From contig NZ_MPKA01000055.1 of NCBI RefSeq assembly GCF_001945605.1, positions 21,427 through 53,426 on the forward strand: a stretch of DNA of 32,000 nt. Reading direction: 5' to 3'. Made by a program: the position numbers and the translations under genes. Below the pieces are notes generated by a model that saw only the letters and a program-made list of their open reading frames with translations, was not told the origin of the DNA and did not search any database. The stretch comes from Dubosiella newyorkensis. Lineage in GTDB: Bacteria; Bacillota_I; Bacilli_A; Erysipelotrichales; Erysipelotrichaceae. Position 1 is the first letter of the stretch. Each line of letters starts with the position of its first letter. Shown piece after piece: positions 17,653 to 26,022 of this stretch.

Positions 17653-18606
17653 CTATTGCATCGCGATCATCATGATGATTTGGACGACGATCATGATTCC
17701 CGCGATCAAGACTTGGTTTTTAATGACGCCAAACTGCTTTTTCATATTCAGCAGCGCCACAGGCACGGTGTTAAAATTGGCGGCCATGGGCGTGCATAAG
17801 GTTCCGCAATATCCGCATGTCAAGGCGAGCATCCCGATCACGGTTGGATTGGCTCCATAAGCGAGCACGAATGGATAGCCGATTCCGACGGTCATAACGG
17901 TAATGGCCGCAAACGCGTTGCCCATGATCATCGTAAAGAGCATCATTCCGATCGCGTAGACGATGATGCCGATCGTCACATTTCCTTCTGGAATGATCGT
18001 TCCTACGACTTGTGCGATCACATCCCCGACACCTGCTTGTGTAAAGACAGCGCCAAGACATGCCAAAAGCATCGGCAGCATCGATAGAGGACCAACGACA
18101 GAAAGCATTCGCTCTGAATCGTTCATGAATACTTTGAATGTGTTGTTTTTGTTTTGGAGCATCAAGATCATCATCGCCAAGACAACCCCGATCGCAACGC
18201 CATTCAAAGCGGAAAGTCCAACGCCAAGACCCGTGATCGCGCATAGGATCGCGAACAAGCCAATACACAAAGTGGGAATAAAGATCTTCATTCCGATCTT
18301 TTCAAAATTCGCCTGTGTCTCTTCCATTGTCGGTACGGCGACTTGTCCTTTAGACACTTTTTTGAAGATCGCTGGCAAACACATCAAAACGACAAGAATG
18401 CCCGAAACAAGAGGAGGAAGCCATTGGCCGAGCGCCAAAATGATCCCAAGCAAGAACCAAAAAATAAATGTGCCAATTTGTGAAGGATTTTCCTTGTCTT
18501 TAAAATTTTTGAATGCGGTATAGATGCACATCGCACCCATGAAAATATAAATGATCTCCATGACTTTCGCGCTGAACGCGACTTCAGGGTTCGTAAAAAA
18601 GCTCAT
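17653..18606 (-). CDS. DUF979 family integral membrane protein
   Basis: 317-aa polytopic membrane protein in the conserved DUF969-DUF979-pcp arrangement. Confidence 0.8.
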   Translation of the reverse strand: MSFFTNPEVAFSAKVMEIIYIFMGAMCIYTAFKNFKDKENPSQIGTFIFWFLLGIILALGQWLPPLVSGILVVLMCLPAIFKKVSKGQVAVPTMEETQANFEKIGMKIFIPTLCIGLFAILCAITGLGVGLSALNGVAIGVVLAMMILMLQNKNNTFKVFMNDSERMLSVVGPLSMLPMLLACLGAVFTQAGVGDVIAQVVGTIIPEGNVTIGIIVYAIGMMLFTMIMGNAFAAITVMTVGIGYPFVLAYGANPTVIGMLALTCGYCGTLCTPMAANFNTVPVALLNMKKQFGVIKNQVLIAGIMIVVQIIMMIAMQ

Positions 18607-19301
18607 TGCAGACCATCCTTTCCAAGCTCGTCTTTATAATATTTTTTAAGCATCTGGCGATCCTTGATGTAGTAGTATAGGATCGCTAAGATCGTCGCGA
18701 TAACACATACAGGAATTTCCACGAGCGCAAGATCGATCAATTCCACATGGATCCCTAGGCCTTCTAAAGTTCCTTGCACGAGCAAAGCGCCCGATCCGCC
18801 CACAAAGAGCACTTGTCCAAAAAACCAAGTAATATTTTCCATGCCGGAAGCCATTCCTTTAAGTTCTTCCATATGGTCTTCGTTCGGTTCGTGGCCGCGC
18901 GCTTTGATAGCTCCTTCTGCCATAGGCATGATGACAGGACGAACAAAGCCGGCTACGCCACCAAAGCCAACATTGAAGGCCGCGAAGATTGCCCGCATGA
19001 CTCCATAGATCCCGATCACGACGCCACTTGTCGCTCCTTTGAATTTTCCGATCAATCCGGCTGCCGCTTCCCGCAAGCCATTGCGTTCTAATGTTCCTGT
19101 CACAAGCATGACGATAATAAAGATCGCCATATTGCGATTGGCAACAAACGTGGTCCCGATCGTTTCTAATAATGCGACTGGCGAAATACCGCTTACCAAG
19201 CCTGTTACGCTAGCAGCGAGCAATATCACAAGGATCGAGTTCCATTTGAGCGCGAAGCCAAGAATGACGATCACGATCCCGATTAAACTAAGCCAATTCA
19301 T
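18603..19301 (-). CDS. DUF969 family integral membrane protein
   Basis: 232 aa. Blocks TGTLERNGLREAA and FVRPVIMPMAEGA match DUF969 as I remember it. ATGA overlap with the DUF979 gene. Confidence 0.8.
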   Translation of the reverse strand: MNWLSLIGIVIVILGFALKWNSILVILLAASVTGLVSGISPVALLETIGTTFVANRNMAIFIIVMLVTGTLERNGLREAAAGLIGKFKGATSGVVIGIYGVMRAIFAAFNVGFGGVAGFVRPVIMPMAEGAIKARGHEPNEDHMEELKGMASGMENITWFFGQVLFVGGSGALLVQGTLEGLGIHVELIDLALVEIPVCVIATILAILYYYIKDRQMLKKYYKDELGKDGLQ

Positions 19302-19374
19302 AATTCCACCTCTTTCTTGATCTTTTTTTACTATACAGAATACTAGAAATAATTGCTACTGAATTTTGTGCGCT

Positions 19375-19410
19375 CAAAAAAAGGAAAAGACTGAAAATTG
19401 CCTTTTCCTT
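19375..19410 (-). terminator. intrinsic terminator of the CaCA antiporter gene
   Basis: On the minus strand: AAGGAAAAG-loop-CTTTTCCTT followed by T7, starting at the stop codon. Confidence 0.6.
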
Positions 19411-20336
19411 TATCGGACGACGATGTAGATCATATACAAAATATATAAAGCCAAAAAGAGGATCCCTCGCGAACGGGACATTTTCTCGCTGATCTTTGCC
19501 ATTGCGAACAATAAGATAGCGATCAGACATAAGATGCATATATCGATCAAATTGAACATCGTGACCTTTATTGGTGTAAAAAGGGAAGCAAGGCCGAGAA
19601 TGAATGTGATATTCATGATGTTGCTTCCTAGGGCGTTTCCTAAAGAAAGTCCGCTTTCTCCTTTTTTGGCCGCCACTACGCTCGTAACGAGTTCAGGAAG
19701 CGAGGTTCCTACCGAAACGATCGTCAAGCCGACAAAGGTATCGGACATTCCAAGCATTCGCGCGATGATCGTGGCATGGTCGACGACTAAGTTTCCCCCT
19801 AAAATAATTCCAGCCACGCCAATCGCGATCAGGATCAGACTTTTTGGAAGCGGGAGGATCTTTTTTTCTTCGCCTTGGCTTTCTTCTTCGCCTTCTTGTT
19901 TCGCGCTTTTGATCAACATCGTAATATAGGCGGCCAAGATGATCAAAAAGACGATGCCATTGAGTTTTGAAAGATTACCATTCAAAATGGCCAAAAGGAG
20001 AACGAATGATATGGCGATATTGCATAATAGGTCGCGGGAGACGATTTTGCGATTGATCAAGAAAGGTCGCATGATCGCCGAACATCCGACGACCACAAGT
20101 GTATTGAAAATATTGGAACCGACCACATTGGAGAGGGCGAGCTCGTTGTTTCCGGCAATCGAAGCCGTTACGCTTACGCTCAGCTCTGGAAGCGAGGTTC
20201 CTAAGGCGACGATCGTCAAGCCGACGATGATCGTCGGGATCTTGAATTGGTAGGCGATCGAAGCGCTTCCGTCCACGAAGAAATCAGCGCCCTTGATCAT
20301 CAAGGCCATTCCTAAAATTAAAAGTAGATACGACAT
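19410..20336 (-). CDS. Ca2+/Na+ antiporter (CaCA / YrbG family)
   Basis: Two alpha-repeats, each with GTSLPEL(S/V)(V/T)SV. About 10 TM segments. 308 aa. Confidence 0.85.
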   Translation of the reverse strand: MSYLLLILGMALMIKGADFFVDGSASIAYQFKIPTIIVGLTIVALGTSLPELSVSVTASIAGNNELALSNVVGSNIFNTLVVVGCSAIMRPFLINRKIVSRDLLCNIAISFVLLLAILNGNLSKLNGIVFLIILAAYITMLIKSAKQEGEEESQGEEKKILPLPKSLILIAIGVAGIILGGNLVVDHATIIARMLGMSDTFVGLTIVSVGTSLPELVTSVVAAKKGESGLSLGNALGSNIMNITFILGLASLFTPIKVTMFNLIDICILCLIAILLFAMAKISEKMSRSRGILFLALYILYMIYIVVR

Positions 20337-20347
20337 AAATTCCTTTC

Positions 20348-21232
20348 TTAACGCGCTTGGCGCATATATTGTTCGAGTGCTTTCGCGATTCCGTTTTCAT
20401 TGTTGGTCGCTGGCGTAATGTTGGCGGCTTGTTCTTGGATGAACTTTCTGGCGTTTTTCATCGCGAACGAATTTGTGACGACTTCAAACATGGATACGTC
20501 ATTTTCACCATCGCCAAAAGCGAGGACCTCATCTTTGTTCCAGCCATTGAGCTTCATTAAATATTGAAGTGTTTTTCCTTTGTTGTAGCCTTTTGGAAGC
20601 ACTTCGAGCTGACGCGGGCAAGTTCTAAAGATCTCAAAACAGTTTCCATATTCGTGCTTGAGCTCGGCATAGATCTTTTTGAGCGCTTCTTCTTCTTGCA
20701 TGATCTGCAGTTTGTTGATGTTTTTTTTGATTTGCATCGCATCGTCGATGTATGTGATGTTTGGATAGCCATCTCTCAGGTCGGCTAGCCATCCCCAAGG
20801 GCCGGCTGTCCAAGGAAAATCGGCGGGAAGCTTTTGTTCTTTGCGGAGCTTCTTTTTGAGCTCCATCAGCGATGCAGGGATATAGTCATAGAGACCGTCA
20901 TCAAAGCAGGCCATCGATTCGCAATCTAGATTCATGAGATGTTGCATGATCGAGCGGATTTCTTCGGGTGTCATTCTTCTTAGAACATGGCGTTCGTTGT
21001 TTTGCAAATCATACCAGGCGATTCCGTCTACTTCGATGAGCATGCCGCCATATTGATCCATTTGTAGTTCTTTGGCATAAGGGAGCAGGCGAGTGTAAGA
21101 GCGTCCGCTCGCTAAGATCAAACGGACTCCTTGTTTTTGCAAGTCGAGTAATTTCTGTTTTGTTTCTGGCAGGATCGTATTGTTGGCGTCCAACAGCGTC
21201 CCATCCATATCCATAATGATGGCTTTGACCAT
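20348..21232 (-). CDS. Cof-type HAD-IIB phosphatase
   Basis: MVKAIIMDMDGTLLD, ASGRSY and FGDGENDVSMF motifs. Confidence 0.85.
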   Translation of the reverse strand: MVKAIIMDMDGTLLDANNTILPETKQKLLDLQKQGVRLILASGRSYTRLLPYAKELQMDQYGGMLIEVDGIAWYDLQNNERHVLRRMTPEEIRSIMQHLMNLDCESMACFDDGLYDYIPASLMELKKKLRKEQKLPADFPWTAGPWGWLADLRDGYPNITYIDDAMQIKKNINKLQIMQEEEALKKIYAELKHEYGNCFEIFRTCPRQLEVLPKGYNKGKTLQYLMKLNGWNKDEVLAFGDGENDVSMFEVVTNSFAMKNARKFIQEQAANITPATNNENGIAKALEQYMRQAR

Positions 21233-21300
21233 AGTATCACCTCGGTTGTGATTTTAGCATACTTTTGAAGAGATGCCTCGTAATATTCTTAACAAAGTCG

Positions 21301-21329
21301 TTGACGGCTTCGTTTTCGGATGCTAATAT
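21301..21329 (+). promoter_or_regulatory. sigma-A promoter of tRNA-Asn copy 1
   Basis: TTGACG (21301-21306), 17-nt spacer, TAATAT (21324-21329). Confidence 0.55.
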
Positions 21330-21347
21330 TATTAGGCAAACAGGAAT

Positions 21348-21423
21348 GCCTGAATAGCTCAGTCGGTAGAGCATCCGGCTGTTAACCGGCAGGTCACAAG
21401 TTCGAGTCTTGTTTCAGGCGCCA
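21348..21423 (+). tRNA. tRNA-Asn (anticodon GTT), copy 1
   Basis: Acceptor stem GCCTGAA/TTCAGGC, TAGCTCAGTCGGTAGAGC D-arm, loop CT-GTT-AA, GGTCACAAGTTCGAGTCTTGT T-arm and GCCA end. Confidence 0.9.
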
Positions 21424-21436
21424 TTTGTAAAAGACA

Positions 21437-21461
21437 AGTCGACTTTGGTCGGCTTTTTTTT
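21437..21461 (+). terminator. intrinsic terminator after tRNA-Asn copy 1
   Basis: AGTCGAC-TTTG-GTCGGCT followed by T8. Confidence 0.7.
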
Positions 21462-21491
21462 GGTGAATTGGATAAAAAAAGAATTTGCTAG

Positions 21492-21520
21492 TTGCATTGA
21501 TCTTGGATGCGTGGTATTAT
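21492..21520 (+). promoter_or_regulatory. sigma-A promoter of tRNA-Asn copy 2
   Basis: TTGCAT (21492-21497), 17-nt spacer, TATTAT (21515-21520). Confidence 0.5.
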
Positions 21521-21538
21521 TACTAGGCAAACAGGAAT

Positions 21539-21614
21539 GCCTGAATAGCTCAGTCGGTAGAGCATCCGGCTGTTAACCGGCAGGTCACAAGTTCGAGTCT
21601 TGTTTCAGGCGCCA
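21539..21614 (+). tRNA. tRNA-Asn (anticodon GTT), copy 2
   Basis: Sequence identical to copy 1, displaced by 191 nt. Confidence 0.9.
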
Positions 21615-21627
21615 TTTGTAAAAGACA

Positions 21628-21652
21628 AGTCGACTTCGGTCGGCTTTTTTTT
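21628..21652 (+). terminator. intrinsic terminator after tRNA-Asn copy 2
   Basis: AGTCGAC-TTCG-GTCGGCT followed by T8. Confidence 0.7.
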
Positions 21653-21750
21653 GCGTGTCGTTCTTTTGAAACGGTGTTTCTTTTGCTCAAACTCCCTTTT
21701 TTATGAAAAATTCGTTTCGTATAATAAAAAAAAGAAGGAGAATTTGGAAG

Positions 21751-22917
21751 ATGTATGACTTTGATAAAGTAGTGGAGCGAAAAGGAACGGGGTGCGCGAA
21801 ATACGATGCGGCTCATCAGGAAGACGACGCGCTCATCTCTCTGTGGGTGGCGGATATGGATTTTGAAGTGCTTCCTGAAATTCGGGAGGCGATCATCGAG
21901 CGCGCTAACCATCCAATCTATGGATATCCGATTTTGACGGATCCTTATTTAAAGGCGGTTCAGTCTTGGATGAAAAAGCGGCATGACTTTTTGATCGAGA
22001 AAGAGTGGATCGTATGCACAGGAGGGGTGGTCCCGGCTTTAAAGCTGGCTGTTCAGGCGTATTCTAAGCCAAACGATGCGGTGTTGATCATGAAACCGGT
22101 TTATTATCCTTTTGATTTGGCGATCACATCTAATGGAAGAAAGGTCGTCGAGATCCCTCTGGATTTTGACGGGACGGCCTATTCGCTCGATATGGAGGCT
22201 TTTGAGAAAAAGATCGTTGAAAACGAGGTGAAGCTTTTTATTTTATGCAATCCTCATAATCCGCTCGGTGTTGTCTGGTCTAAATCGGATTTGCTGGAAA
22301 TGGGAAAGATTTGCCAAAAACATGGGGTGAAGGTCGTTTCTGATGAGATCCATATGGATTTTGTCTATCCTGGCTACGTCCATATTCCGTTTTATGAAGT
22401 GGATCCATCGTTCAAAGAGTTTTCGATCGTCTGCACCGCGCCTTCGAAAACATTCAATCTAGCTGGATTGTGGACCTCGAATATTATCATCGCCAATGAA
22501 AAGATGCGAGAAAAATTCAAAGAAGTCAAAGCGAGAAATGGTGTGACAGATCCTAATATTTTTGGGATGGCTGCTTGTCAAGCCGCCTATACGTATGGAG
22601 GAAAATGGGTCGATGCGCTCCTTGAATATTTACAAGGAAACATCGAATTTATGAAGCGCTTTTTTGAAGAGAACATGCCGATGGTCAAGGTGATCGAGCC
22701 ACAAGGATTGTATTTAGTGTGGGTCGATTTTCGAGCGTTGAAGATGAGCGCAAAAGAACTGGAAGACTTCATGCTTCATCAAGCGCATGTCTGGCTGGAC
22801 GAAGGGTATATTTTTGGCGCCAGGGGCGAAGGTTTTGAGCGATTCAATGTAGCTTGTCCGCGTTCGATCTTGAAAAAAGGCCTAGAACAAATCAAAGAAG
22901 CGTATGATCGACTCTGA
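21751..22917 (+). CDS. PLP-dependent aminotransferase class I/II, MalY/PatB-type C-S lyase
   Basis: MYDFDKVVERKGTGCAKYD N-terminus and APSKTFNLAGL (PLP Lys). 388 aa from ATG 21751. Confidence 0.85.
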   Translation: MYDFDKVVERKGTGCAKYDAAHQEDDALISLWVADMDFEVLPEIREAIIERANHPIYGYPILTDPYLKAVQSWMKKRHDFLIEKEWIVCTGGVVPALKLAVQAYSKPNDAVLIMKPVYYPFDLAITSNGRKVVEIPLDFDGTAYSLDMEAFEKKIVENEVKLFILCNPHNPLGVVWSKSDLLEMGKICQKHGVKVVSDEIHMDFVYPGYVHIPFYEVDPSFKEFSIVCTAPSKTFNLAGLWTSNIIIANEKMREKFKEVKARNGVTDPNIFGMAACQAAYTYGGKWVDALLEYLQGNIEFMKRFFEENMPMVKVIEPQGLYLVWVDFRALKMSAKELEDFMLHQAHVWLDEGYIFGARGEGFERFNVACPRSILKKGLEQIKEAYDRL

Positions 22918-22982
22918 GTATTTACAAGAGAGTTAGTTCTCGTTTATATTAGAAAGGTAACTATAAATGAGGGAGGAAATAC

Positions 22983-25229
22983 ATGAGAGAACAATGGCGC
23001 TCTTTTCAAGGAACGAAATGGCAAGAGGAAGTCGATGTTAGAGATTTTATTCAAAAGAACTACACGCCTTATGATGACGATGAGACGTTTTTGAGCGACC
23101 CTACAGAAGCGACGAATGCGCTTTGGTCAAAGCTGCAGGAACTCCAAAAGGAAGAACGGGCCAAAGGCGGCGTTCTGGATATGGAAACTGAAATCGTTTC
23201 AAGTTTGACTGCCTATGGCCCTGGATATATCAATGAAGAGCTCAAAGAGCTTGAGCAGATCGTCGGTCTGCAAACCGATCGCCCATTAAAACGCGCTTTT
23301 ATGCCGTATGGTGGAATCCGCATGAGCGAGGAAGCTTGTACGACATATGACTATACACCAAGCGAAAAGCTGCACGAGATCTTTACAAAATATCACAAGA
23401 CGCATAACGATGCGGTGTTTAGTGCCTATACGCCAGAGATGCGTTTAGCGCGGAAAAATAAGATCGTCACTGGTTTGCCAGATACGTATGGAAGAGGGCG
23501 TATCGTGGGTGATTATCGTCGTGTCGCGTTATATGGGATCGATTTCTTGATCAAGGAAAAGGAAGAAGATCTAGCCTATTGTGGGGATGGCGTCATGAGC
23601 GACGATGTCATTCGTCAGCGCGAAGAGATCGCAGAACAAATCAAAGCTCTCAAAGGGATGAAGGAAATGGCGGCAATGTATGGCTACGACATTTCAAAGC
23701 CGGCCAACAACGCTAGGGAAGCGGCTCAATGGCTTTATTTTGGGTATTTGGCGGCGATCAAGACACAAAATGGAGCGGCCATGTCCGTTGGTCGGATCTC
23801 GACATTCCTCGATATTTATTTTGAACGCGATCTGAAAGAAGGAACACTCACAGAACAAGAGGCGCAGGAGATCATCGATCATATGACGATGAAATTCAGG
23901 ATGGTAAAATTCGCTCGTATTCCTAGCTACAATCAGCTCTTTTCGGGCGATCCAGTTTGGGCGACCCTCGATGTGGCAGGACTAGGAACGGATGGCCGTT
24001 CTATGGTCACGAAAACATGCTTCCGTTTCTTGCATACGCTCGAAAATATGGGGCCAAGTCCAGAACCAAATCTTACGGTGCTCTATTCATCGAGGCTGCC
24101 AGAGCCTTTCAAGCTGTACGCGGCCAAGGTTTCGATCGATACAAGCTCGGTTCAATATGAAAACGATGAAGTGATGCGTGTCGAATGGGGCGATGATTAC
24201 GCGGTTTGCTGTTGCGTGTCCGCGACCCAAACAGGAAAGGAAATGCAGTTTTTTGGCGCTCGCGCCAATTTGGCGAAATGTCTTTTGTACGCGATCAATG
24301 GTGGCGTGGACGAGAAGACGAAGATGCAAGTAGGTCCTGAATACAAGCCGATCACGAGCGAGTATCTAGACTATAAAGAGGTCATGCATAAATATGATCA
24401 AATGATGGAATGGCTGGCAGGGCTTTATGTCAACATTTTGAATTTGATCCAGTATTTCCACGATAAATATTATTATGAAGCTTCGCAGATGGCTTTGATC
24501 GATACCGATGTTCGTCGTACGTTCGCGACAGGGATCGCCGGATTCTCGCATGTGGTCGATTCGCTTTCAGCGATTAAATATGCGAAAGTCAAAACGATCC
24601 GCGACGAGGATGGATTGGTCATCGATTACGAGATCGAAGGCGATTTCCCGCGTTATGGAAACGATGACGATCGGGCGGATGAGATCGCGATCTGGCTGCT
24701 GAAAGAGTTCATGAAGAAGATCCGCAAGCATCATACATATCGGAATTCGGAGCCTACAACTTCGATCTTGACGATTACTTCGAATGTCGTGTACGGCAAG
24801 GCGACAGGCGCCCTTCCGGATGGAAGAAAAGCGGGCGAGCCTTTATCGCCTGGAGCGAATCCTGCCTATGGGGCGGAGCAAAATGGTTTGCTTGCTTCTT
24901 TGAATAGTGTAGCGAAGCTTCCTTATGAATATGCTTTGGATGGTATTTCCAATACACAGACAATGAATCCATCGGCTCTTGGACATGATCCGCTTGAAAG
25001 GATCGAGAATTTGGTCCATGTTTTGGATGGGTATTTTGACCAGGGAGCGCATCACTTGAATGTGAATGTCTTTGGGGTCGAGAAATTGATCGATGCGATG
25101 GAGCATCCAGAAAAAGAAGAGTACGCCAACTTTACGATCCGCGTTTCAGGGTATGCGGTTAAGTTTATCGATTTGACACGAGAACAGCAATTGGATGTGA
25201 TTTCTAGAACGTGTCATAGTTCTCTATAA
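22983..25229 (+). CDS. pflB: formate C-acetyltransferase (pyruvate formate-lyase)
   Basis: 748 aa. Active-site VCCCVSA, glycyl-radical motif [11 protein letters not shown] near the C-terminus. SD GAGGGAGG upstream. Confidence 0.95.
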   Translation: MREQWRSFQGTKWQEEVDVRDFIQKNYTPYDDDETFLSDPTEATNALWSKLQELQKEERAKGGVLDMETEIVSSLTAYGPGYINEELKELEQIVGLQTDRPLKRAFMPYGGIRMSEEACTTYDYTPSEKLHEIFTKYHKTHNDAVFSAYTPEMRLARKNKIVTGLPDTYGRGRIVGDYRRVALYGIDFLIKEKEEDLAYCGDGVMSDDVIRQREEIAEQIKALKGMKEMAAMYGYDISKPANNAREAAQWLYFGYLAAIKTQNGAAMSVGRISTFLDIYFERDLKEGTLTEQEAQEIIDHMTMKFRMVKFARIPSYNQLFSGDPVWATLDVAGLGTDGRSMVTKTCFRFLHTLENMGPSPEPNLTVLYSSRLPEPFKLYAAKVSIDTSSVQYENDEVMRVEWGDDYAVCCCVSATQTGKEMQFFGARANLAKCLLYAINGGVDEKTKMQVGPEYKPITSEYLDYKEVMHKYDQMMEWLAGLYVNILNLIQYFHDKYYYEASQMALIDTDVRRTFATGIAGFSHVVDSLSAIKYAKVKTIRDEDGLVIDYEIEGDFPRYGNDDDRADEIAIWLLKEFMKKIRKHHTYRNSEPTTSILTITSNVVYGKATGALPDGRKAGEPLSPGANPAYGAEQNGLLASLNSVAKLPYEYALDGISNTQTMNPSALGHDPLERIENLVHVLDGYFDQGAHHLNVNVFGVEKLIDAMEHPEKEEYANFTIRVSGYAVKFIDLTREQQLDVISRTCHSSL

Positions 25230-25966
25230 TGGTGAATTTAGGCGCTATCCATTCGATCGAAACGTTTGGCTCGGTGGATGGTCCGGGTGTTCGTTTTGTC
25301 ATCTTCTTGCAAGGGTGTTCGATGCGGTGTAAATTTTGTCACAATGTCGATACTTGGAAGACGCAAACACCAACAACAAGCGCCCACGAGCTTTTGAAAA
25401 AGGCGCTCCGTTATCGGAGTTATTGGGGAAAAAGTGGCGGAATCACAGTGAGTGGGGGCGAACCCCTTCTGCAGATCGATTTTTTGATCGAGCTGTTCAC
25501 TTTAGCGAAAGAATCGGGGATCCATACCACACTAGATACTTCAGGGCAGCCGTTCACTTACGATGAGCCTTATTTTTCAAAGATCGAAGCGTTGATGAAG
25601 GTGACGGACTTAGTGCTTTTAGATATCAAATCGATCGATTCGAAGGCGCATCAAGATTTAACGGGGCATGGGAATGAAAATATCCTTTCGTTTGCGTGGT
25701 ATTTGGATTCTATTCATAAACCGGTTTGGATCCGTCACGTACTCGTGCCAGGCTATTCTGAAGTCGAAGGTCGTCTCGTTCGATTGGCGGACTTTGTAGA
25801 TTCTTTAGCCAATGTTGAACGGGTAGAAGTTCTTCCTTATCATACCCTTGGGGTCTATAAGTGGAAGGAGCTAGGAATGCCTTATCCATTCGAGGGCGTC
25901 AAAGAGCCTTCCCAAGAGATGATCGAGGAAGCGAATCAAATATTAAGAACGAGCGAGAACCGATGA
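25229..25966 (+). CDS. pflA: pyruvate formate-lyase activating enzyme (radical SAM)
   Basis: GSVDGPGVRFVIFLQGCSMRCKFCHN (CxxxCxxC) and GGITVSGGEPLLQ. The start overlaps the pflB stop (TAATG). Confidence 0.95.
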   Translation: MVNLGAIHSIETFGSVDGPGVRFVIFLQGCSMRCKFCHNVDTWKTQTPTTSAHELLKKALRYRSYWGKSGGITVSGGEPLLQIDFLIELFTLAKESGIHTTLDTSGQPFTYDEPYFSKIEALMKVTDLVLLDIKSIDSKAHQDLTGHGNENILSFAWYLDSIHKPVWIRHVLVPGYSEVEGRLVRLADFVDSLANVERVEVLPYHTLGVYKWKELGMPYPFEGVKEPSQEMIEEANQILRTSENR

Positions 25967-25992
25967 GGTCCTCGCTTTTTTTGCGCAAAAAA

Positions 25993-26018
25993 AAGCAAGA
26001 GAATCGAATCTCTTGCTT
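25993..26018. terminator. terminator hairpin between convergent pflA and ponA
   Basis: AAGCAAGAG-AATCGAAT-CTCTTGCTT (9 bp). Read on the minus strand it is followed by T8. On the plus strand the T-run is shorter. Confidence 0.65.
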
Positions 26019-26022
26019 TTGG

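Larger units (their letters stand above)
21318..21652 (+). repeat. tandem duplication (~190-nt period) of a complete tRNA-Asn transcription unit
   Basis: From GGATGC (21318 / 21505) through leader, tRNA and terminator the two units are near-identical. They differ by a small indel in the -10 region and a one-base change in the terminator loop (TTTG vs TTCG). Confidence 0.8.

Noticed and set aside
17771-18523. Long alternative-frame ORFs (165 aa on minus, 186 aa on plus) inside the DUF979 gene
   Set aside because: They are Arg/Cys/Asp-rich nonsense composition typical of off-frame reads. The DUF979 frame gives a coherent polytopic membrane protein in a conserved operon.
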